From NCBI GenBank assembly GCA_043228905.1, contig JBHGNT010000012.1, forward strand, positions 4,774,001 through 4,838,000: 64,000 nt of DNA, read 5' to 3'. The stretch is from Azolla caroliniana. Taxonomy: Eukaryota; Plantae; Polypodiophyta. The notes under the pieces are model-generated. The model did not search any database, was not told the origin of the DNA, and was given only the letters and a program-made list of their open reading frames with translations. Position numbers and translations under genes: made by a program. Of the stretch, positions 63,631 to 64,000 are shown in pieces (position 1 is the first letter of the stretch; each line of letters starts with the position of its first letter).

Positions 63631-64000
63631 TGGTGTGTCATGTATATAAACAATTATCCAGTTGAACCTAGAAATCCTTGTTTCAGTAAACGCAGTGGTA
63701 ATCATTAAGGGTCAAGATCACCCTGTTCTCCGAGCTGCATGCGAAGGTCTTTACTCACAGAACTGTGAATCAGATATAGCTTCTTGAATTCACCTCGTGT
63801 GTGCTAAATCACCAAATCCTGGTCTGAGGTTACTAGACCCCAGTGCATCTGGACATGATGGTGGTGACATGGAAGAGATGGATCCATTATAGGTTTGGCT
63901 GAATGGTTTTACAGTCATGCTAACCTTAATGGTCATATTTACTCATTCTGCATTGTGTTTCCGTTTCTTCCTCATTATTCTAAGATGATAGAAAAAAGTC

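Overview
Eukaryotic, intron-rich land-plant DNA; a seed-free vascular plant such as a fern is inferred from the TE types and an apparently unedited plastid insert. Three + strand host genes were assembled by hand from splice sites and reading phase: SUMO (3 exons, 132-2279), an ATG14-like autophagy PI3K-complex subunit (12 coding exons, 7755-23016, about 469 aa), and a 3'-incomplete ACT-domain STY8/17/46-type Raf-like kinase (14 exons, 49682-60449). Most of the rest is transposon-derived: a hAT MITE in the ATG14 promoter, Copia, gypsy and LINE remnants in introns, an ndhA NUPT, and a 16-kb nest (26851-43050) in which an old Copia carries a second Copia and a very young chromodomain Ty3/gypsy element. 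The young gypsy element is the most notable object. It has apparently identical LTRs, no tRNA primer site but a 12-nt match to its own predicted mRNA 5' end (Tf1-type self-priming), a slippery heptamer with a candidate pseudoknot, a tRNA-like A/B-box motif in U3, and inactivating lesions concentrated in the protease. All family assignments are by motif recognition; no database search was run.
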